Below, one piece after another: positions 38,401 through 47,400 of a stretch of DNA of 64,000 nt. The DNA comes from Botryllus schlosseri (taxonomy: Eukaryota). Positions within the stretch are counted from its first letter, which is position 1. Each line of letters begins with the position of its first letter. The notes below the pieces were generated by a model. That model had not been told where the DNA came from, searched no databases, and saw nothing but the letters and a program-made list of their open reading frames with translations. The DNA lies in contig CM119372.1 of the NCBI GenBank assembly GCA_051294905.1, positions 6,324,001-6,388,000 of the forward strand, read 5' to 3'. Made by a program: the position numbers and the translations under genes.

Positions 38401-41400
38401 TTAATTACCTTTGCCACACTGGGTAGCCCTTACGATAATCTGCAAGTATTCGGCGAACTAGAAATGTCCCCTTAGTCACAAAAACTGTCATCTGCCATTA
38501 CTGCGGAATGTTGTAGGATTATTGTAGGCAACAGTAGAATAGATGTCAGTGCCGTTGTTACTGTGTGCAGAATTCAGAAGCCTTACGGATTCAACTTTTA
38601 ACCTTTCAACGTATCGGAAAAAGGTCCATGGGTACACCTATTACTGGAATCGCTGTAATGAGCGGTTTTATGTGATCCGTGAGGTTACAAAAATGCGTTG
38701 TAATGGTAACACCGGTGAATTTCGATTCTATCCTATGATAATTATAGCACCACATTGAACCGTCGTAACATAATCTAAACTAATTACGCGCGGCGCAAAA
38801 CAATATGCAGACTGTTCGCGAGTTTTGTGGATACACAACGCCTCCGTCACGACCTCATTAATATCCATAAAGCTACCTGCGGATACTGCAAAAGCGCGAT
38901 AACGCGGTGGCGCGGTATCAACTACCAGCATGCTCTGCTGTAGACGCAGCTGGCTGTAGTGTCGCGATGCGTAGATTGCGACACGTTTGCTGGTATTTAC
39001 TTGAAGTAAACAAACGGCTCGGTTCGTAGCGACTACTATAGTCACTCGTGAAATTTATTGTGTGGTCAGTTCCCGCGGATTGGTACGATACATGTTAGTT
39101 ACAACAGCTTTTAATCTGTCATATGAAATTGTAACCGGCTGGAAACGAGTGTGTACTGCAGATAGCCCATGGGAAACACCGGTTCGTGTTAAATCTGGAT
39201 AAAGAGAATTTGTTTGTAACATGTAACCGCTGACATCTTATGTGTAGCCTAATATATCGTACACCAACCCAAATATGTGCGCCATGCATTCAGCTTCCCA
39301 AAGGCTAGCAAACCAGTATTAAATGTCACTGCAATTACGCCTTGATTACATTTGACTGTCAAAGGAGCAAAATTTACCTTGACAAAAGGTCCATAGCACC
39401 GTAAATTTACAGTCATTTTTAACAGCGCGCGCAAAGCACTTTCCGAATCTGTGCGAACTTGAACCTTAGACGTAATTGTTAATTTATATTTTCCTTCAAG
39501 CTTCATCATGATGTTAAATGAACTTTTTTCCGCGGATATCGCAGTCAAAATCACAAATAATTGATGTGATTGAAATGGGAGAGGTGTGATTCCACTGCAT
39601 AGTTGCGGTTGCATTTCCCCACCCTATTTCAATTGCTAGCGAACGCAAATGAAGAGGCATTGTGTTTGCATCATATACCGGCGTTGATAACTCCACAGTA
39701 AATATCGATGGTTATCCGCGTGCCAAATCTTTAACAGTCTGTATGTCAAGCTCAATTATAAACACGGTGCGAGTAGACGTTTTCTATCGGCGGTCTAAAA
39801 CGCCCAATCAGGCTTTGTTTTGAAGTCTTCCATGTTCAAGGTTAATGACTTGCTTACATTTGCGGAGAACACTAAATCAGACGATCATTGATAGGATGGG
39901 AGATTGAGAAACGTCGTGCAATTGTAGTGGGCCGTGTATCATCGGAGGATGGTCGGATAAAACAGCTTTCTAAAATAAACCCCGCGCCTATCTGGTATGG
40001 AAACATGGGAAGGCGCGTCTCGGATGATGCGATACAGCGGGCCTGTAACCTTTTCTGTTCCGATAGTAATCCCTTTCGGTCGTCTGACCGCCCATTTTAT
40101 CAGATCTAACACCCTTTTGATCGCATGTTATCGCCCGAATCCGGAACATACGTAGTCTGTGCACTGGTGTATCCAACATACTTGAAAACTTGATAATTCT
40201 AGTTATTTATATGATTAGACTTAATTAGATCGAAATGCCGGTAACATAATTTGTGAAATGTTCCTTTGATCCAATTCTAATCTAATTTGTGAAATGTTTC
40301 TATGCTATAATTTTAATTGTAATCTAATTTCTGGTTTTCCTGAAAGCTCCCCAGCATAACTGTATCTTGCCAAACGATCCAAGCTTTCTGTGCTGCTATT
40401 TTCCGTTCGCGTTCTCAGAAGGAAGGACCCTGATTTGATTAATTATTTCTTATTTAATTTGGAAACTGTGTAGCGCTAGTTCCAATTCTACAGTAGTATA
40501 ATTTTGAAAAAAAAACTGTGTAGCTATAATACCAATTCTAGTCTGCTTGGGAAACAACTATGTAGCCATAATTCTTATTCTGATCTGCTTTGAAAAGGCA
40601 GAAGATTTTCTATAGTTGTCCAGGTCTGGTAACGCAAATGGTACTGAGCCCGGGCTTGAGTCGCTAAACCTATAATTCTCTTTAGACGACAATAGCTTGC
40701 CGAAGACGGGTTTATTATCGCAGCTGCGGAGGCAAAACGGTGTTACCGACGACCACCCTGAATCCAGGGATAAAATAACCGCGTTGCAAGGGCAGTCCCC
40801 GCAGTTGATGGTAAATATGCTTCACAGTGCGTTGTTGGTCGCAAATTAACAACTTTGAACTATTCCGCAGCGTCATCTTCAAGCCCAGGCGATCGCGAAT
40901 TCGATGCAGGCCTCCTGCGTACCGCCGGTGAGAGATTAATCTCAGTCATACATTAACTTTCAGCCCGCCGCACTTAATACTATGTTACTGCGGTCGCTTG
41001 GATTTCCAGTGCTAATACTGTAATTGACACCGGGGATTACAGCGGTAAATATGTAATCGTGTCTGTAACTGGGGTGCGTGTGCGCCGCATGCGTAGCGCA
41101 GTGTACACTTTGATCATTCTCGTTTTATGGATTGATAACAGCACACCTACTAATAGTGTGGTTAAGTCGTAAAATATATATAAGTCCAGAGTTGAGGGAA
41201 GTTGTCAACGTTGGTACTCGAGTATATGTGTACGGATAACGCCGTCAATTTCTACTTATTTTAAGCAGAAGTAGCGAATGTCTGGAAACATCTCAAATAT
41301 GCAGATCCAAAAAGTGCATTTAGTCGGGGGGTAGCAGTTCATCAGAGGTGTATCAGGGTGCATGTTCGCAACTAACGAATAATGTCGAATAACTCTACAA

Positions 41401-44400
41401 ACGGGTGTATTGTCGAAAATATTATCAGTTACCGTGATACGGGCGCCATTTCGTCCAGTTGTTATGTCAAATTCACACATTAAAGTTGTGTATATATTCC
41501 CCAAACCAAAAAGTCAGTAGTGTTAGTAGGCCATGTAAGTGCTCTGAAAAAGTAGAAGTGCTACGTCACTGACCACCTCTGTGTATAACATAGTAAAATG
41601 TCGTGTCAATCGACCATTCGCATATAATGTATACAGAATGTAGATAGGCTATAGGCATAAACTGTATTGGATCCACTTCAAGGGCTGGCAACAATCCTGT
41701 GAACTTCCATACAGCGTGACCATCAGTCAGTTGTCACTGTATATTCACTGTATTTCACTTGTATTCGCAACAGCCCGAAGTACTGAGCGGTACGAAGCCT
41801 AGGCGGAAGCACACCACCAACTACAGCGACCCAAAGACGAGAAACTATTCCGAAACTTCAAGCGAAGACGGCACCATCAAGACGCCGCCCCACAGTCACA
41901 AACCGCTTCAGAGACGGGCCACCACCGGTTCCGCGTCACCTCATAATAATCCGAGCAAATTAAACGGATTTTCGCCTGTTAAAGTGCCGGCCAAGGTTGG
42001 TATATTTATATCAGAGCTCTTGGCGCAAGGTCGGTTATAAATTCACGATTTCTTGCATCAAAGATTGAAAATGTGTATTTGTAGCCTGACAACAGAGTTG
42101 CTAAATGATGTATTATGTTAAATTTGTACTCTATAGAGTAGGATTCAAGTTTTAGAGCCGTGACGGTTGCTTAATCACGAGTTAGTCACTTTATTTTATA
42201 TTCTGGTGTGAAATGAATTACAAATGATTTACAAATGTCATATTATTAAGTACATATTTTGCAACTAAGTTCAGTTTCGCTGTTGTTAATGCCAGTAAAA
42301 CTGTTGCTGTGCGGTATTGGTATAGTAGTAATTAGATACTCTGTAAGACAATATAATTGTACGATGTTAACGACACGTCTGCTTTTTTTCTCTATATTGT
42401 TTAATTCGTGCATGCCTCATTTCGACCTATTTTTCTTTTTATTGCTACCAAGTATATCAACAGACTGATTTGGATGTTTTAGAGTGGTTTGCCGCTTACC
42501 ACAACCTGACCAGTCTTTTATTGTATCTCTATCTCGTATTCTTAACCTTGTGGTATTTTGAACTGACGAAAATAAAGATTGGGATTCTAGTATTTTCGAT
42601 CGTAGCAGCATGAGATTTTGTTTCTGCCCGGTACAGGTAATCAACATTCTATATATAGCCTACTCATTGACTGAACTCCAATGATTTTGCTATCGGCTGA
42701 GTGAACAAGGTCCGAACAGACACGACCTTCATCGTGATCAGTACCGGGTCCTTTGATGTTATTTCCCGAATCGATTGTTTGATGTAGGTCGTGTGTTATC
42801 GAATCATTTATCCGCGTTTTGCTTTCGATAAGAGCGGAACATTGTCATTATTAGCGACTGATGTAGCTTTCGGCGCTAACGAGGTCTTCAACTCGTTTGA
42901 GATTTACAAGTGAACTTCGTAAATGTTGTGTTGCGAAGTGTCGATGTACGCTGTTGTGATATAAATATACGATATTTCGGTTTAAAAATAGTATTGCTGT
43001 TTTAGAAACCGGCTCAGCGTTCCAACAGCGGCCCGTCTCCGCGAAAAGGCAAGAAAAGCCCCGCGCGGGACTCGTCCCCGCACAATCTAGCGCGCCGAAT
43101 TCACCACCAGCGTTCGCTGTCTTCCCCGAGAAGCGACGGGCCTTATTACGACAAGGAGCACGTATTTAAGGTGAGACTCCGGCGCCCGCGCGTCGCCTAC
43201 AAACATTTAACGACCCTAATCACGAATCCACAACGCGAGAAATTAACCGCACGCCCGTCACACGGTAATATTTACTCGCGCGTGGCTGTCTCGATTACCG
43301 AGCCTGTGCGCTTGTGGAATGGAAGCAAACATACGATCCAGAATCAGATAGAGTTTATCTCGTCTTGTATCGCGTTAGGCTCGATTACTACCCTATACAC
43401 ACGATATTACGGGTGTATGTCAGAAATGATGCGATCGAAAATGCGGTTCTTGGCAATTTTCACGCCCGGCGCTTAGAATGCGGGAATAGTTTACGGAGAT
43501 ACCGCCGTTCTTTGACTGGTTCGTACATTACTGGGAGTCGTGTCATGCTAACTTGTGTAATTTACTGAAGTCCGCCGTTGGACGCGGTTGTGTTCATGTA
43601 CTGAACTTCAAACGTGATCAATTGATCGCTGATGATGATATAATCAAGTTGAAAAGAGTTTACAAAACGATGCACTTGTTCGATCGTGTTGAGAATTTCC
43701 GGTCCCGGTGTCGGTTAGTTTTAATGATATCCTCAAAATCGAATCCATCTTTGGGCACTGATCAAATTCCGATCGAAAAACACCGAATCCGAGCTGTGTT
43801 CGCCGTAGCGTCGAACCCCGGAGCAGCAGTGGTCGTTATAGTCATCACTTCTACAAGCATAGAAGTAGTGTCGTAAAGTAGAATAAGATCGGTATAGGTC
43901 GTGGGTTCAATCCCAGACAGGGTCAGTCCACAGACCTGATTAGTAACAATGGCATCCATGGCTTATCATCTTGACGCTCAGCATTACCGGATAACATGGA
44001 GGGGTGATGCATGACTTAGAAAGCCTTACAAGGATATATAGGTATGTAGGCCTACCTTCCTGGTCCAGCGGCGTAGGCACATCAGGCACCCATGGCATGC
44101 ATATGAATATCATGATTCGGCGTATATGCCGCAAAAGCATTAGGACAAAAATATCCAACATCCTTATTCTTTATAGAAGGCACGATTTTCGAGAGATCGA
44201 AAAAGAATGTAATCAATTCCTAGTTTTGGCTAAAAATAGGAATATTGGAGTACAAGTTGAAATTTTCTATAATCTTAATCACGTGAGTAAGTGGTGCAAT
44301 TAGGCAAAAACTTCCTGAAGACGTATTCGTTACCGACCACATAGCATTCTTGACAACCCTTGAATAAATCCGCCTGCCAATGGCCATATCATCGAGTGCT

Positions 44401-47400
44401 TTTCTATAAGGAAAAATAACATTCTTCAATCAGTTTGACGTCACGTCGATTATGACGCCCAATGGCTGCTCAAAATCATGCATATTGCGCCACGGGGTCT
44501 CTATGTCTAGCTCTCTGAATCTTCTTGTTATTTGCTATTTTTAGTTGTTGACCAATTACGTTGTCAATCCATTTTCCGCGCGTCCGTATGGTTACAAAAA
44601 TGTCCATGACTTTATTATAAATCTAGGACCAATATATTTTTAACGATTGGTGTCGATGGTCTTTTTTATTGGAAACTTCTAAACTTGTCTGGCATGACTG
44701 CGTGTTTCCTATAGGTTAGATATCCGTTAACTGGCGTTTACGGGAGTGATGTCATATTACTAGTCATGCGTATCGCTGAGAACGCCGTAATTTCCATCGC
44801 GCCCGCGCACCTTCACGGCACCGTATTCGGGCAATGCATTCCGTAATGTCGGTTCTTTTTCTTGGTAATTATAATCATTTTGGCGCGACCCCGTGGCCGC
44901 CATTGTAACCCGGCCGGAACCAGCAATTAACGCTCGGCGGTTCGACATTCCGCGTTTTCCTATTGAATTCGAAGACGGCAATTATCGCGAGTGCGCGCGA
45001 TTTCAAAGGTGTTTTCGGCATGTTCCGACGTTGTTTATGAGGTTCGGCCATTCTCTTTTCTGGTCGATTCAGGGGACCTCGCGCTGCGCCGACGGTAATT
45101 ACTGGCCTGGCTCATCGCGGCCATCTGGTTCGATAGGAAGTCGCGTTTTGTATTGGTACATGTGACGTTGGGGATGAAATATTGTTACACGCGTTCGAGT
45201 TCATCTATTTTAAGACGTATTTTGCGTGTACGCTATTGCATCACATCGCCCCATGCCCGTCGTAATGTCGAGGCGAACAGAACTGAGCTGCGCGAACCAA
45301 ACGCGCGCGTAACATAATCAGACTCGATTTGTGATTCAACCGTACACTGCGCAATGATTCGATTATTCGAAGAAGCTGAATCGAGTTTTAATTCCAATGA
45401 TTCGAGCGCGAGTAGCGAAAGATGATTTATTTCGAGAACTGAAGTTGCATGCCACTTGCCATTAATTTAACGACGGGAATTACAGTTTCGGTACTATTTC
45501 CACTGTAAACCGCGTTTGGTCGCGTCGCGTCATACGACGCGCGTGTTACAAATAGAGTTGCGTTTTAGACGAGTGGTTGTTTAAAACGCTTTGTTTAAAA
45601 CATGTTAAACAAAGGCCTTCAAAAAAAGTTGTATAATTATGGCATAATTGTGTAAATACTTCCAAAAAACATGTTGTATGAGCCTACGGACGAGTACCAC
45701 CCGATACAGCCGACGTATACGATGTGGGATGGTTGGAACCCTCGAAAGAGACGGTTCAACAGGTATAGCACGTAGATATTTCGTCATAGGAGCTGTATTT
45801 ACCCCCTATTTTCAATTGTCAATGCCAATCCGCTATGACGTCACACTTGAATATTCGTGACGTCATGGCTTGAAAAAAAAACATGTTTTAAACAAGGGCC
45901 TTGTTTTGAACATAACCAAAGTACAAATCTACGCGCGTTAGTATAGAAACGACTTATCTGTGAAGGCGTGATCAACCCGCAGCATGTCTCAAAGTGCAAT
46001 GAAATGGGTAAGGTCAAAAAGTAGTTAGTGATCTTTAACGTGATATAAAACTGTCATTATATTCTTTCTGGTCGAATAAAACGTACAAATTTGAACTTTG
46101 CACATCATTCCTCGTGTCATAATGAGCTATTCTGGAATATTCGACACGACTAGAAGCACTCAGGTACTCGATTTTGACCAGCCGTACAGTAATAACACCT
46201 AGAGGTCCGCAGTGGAAAATTCGTATCGATCTCTTTTCAGTCACACACCTACCGAGGTCTTCAATGGTGCGAATACTGCGGAAACTTCATGTGGGGCATC
46301 ATCCAACAGGGCATGCAATGTCGCGGTAGGTCGAGATTTTCGATTTATGTTACCTGCGCGAAACTAGTATCGTCATTTACTTGTTGCAGACTGCGGCCTC
46401 AACGTGCACAAGCAGTGCTCGAAGCTCGTCCCCGGCGATTGCCAGCCGGCGCTGAAGCACGTTAAGACTGTGTTCGGAATCGACCTCACTGCCTTGGTGA
46501 AGCTTCACGGTACCGAGAGGCCGATCGTGGTCGACAAGTGCATCGCGGAGATTGAGAGAAGAGGTGGGTTTCCGGGATACGCGCGTAGCCTTGTAGGCCT
46601 GCAGAGCCATTCGCACGCGGCTACTTTCATTGAACTCGCCTGGCTTCTACAGTACACTGTGTGCCGTATGACTTGAAAGCGCAGCTCGCCATAGGGCGTA
46701 TATTAAGCAAATGAAACCAGCTTCCTAATGTTATCCAAAGGACTTATTGTTGTTACCCCAGTAGAAATAGAAGTGATGCTGTGAATATTTGCTAGATTAA
46801 AATTGGGAGTGTCGATTTTTAAAGCGCGAGAAACTGTGCTCCAAGTAGAAGTAGGATTCGATAGGTCCGATAATTCGCACGTGTAAGTAATATGATGATG
46901 CGGATGTAGGTGGGGCTTCAAATATCTTACATTCTCAGGCCTGCTCTGCTTACTGGGACTAACACTGGAGTTGTTGTGATTTCAGCCTAATTGCACTTCT
47001 GCTGAACGGTTTTTAGGCGAAACCGCTGACTTTTTGCACTTTCGTAAAGTAGAAAGTAAATTTGGGATAGGTTTGTGTCATTTTCAGGAGTTGAATCTAA
47101 AAAAGTCTAAAATCGTATGGCCACTTGAGTGTATGCATAGCGGAAGTTGACAAATTCCACTCTAATGCTTCGGAAAAGTAGTGAAGTATTAATGGTATTT
47201 AGTAATGATTTGTCATTTATTTTCAATAGCGCAGTGCGTGGTTCTGAAATTTAACAAACTTGACGAATTCTTACGCTAATGTTCAAGATGTCGACTAATC
47301 CCAAATTTTCGCGATATTACGCAACTAATGTAACCCAATAGAATTGTGTTGCGCAAAATGGACTGCGCGTCAATAACGGTGTTAAAGAACAAAGTCATTA

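Noticed and set aside
39249-39614. Minus ORF containing [14 protein letters not shown], reminiscent of an RNase H motif
   Set aside because: Only one short motif; the other catalytic residues and any adjacent RT are not recognisable.
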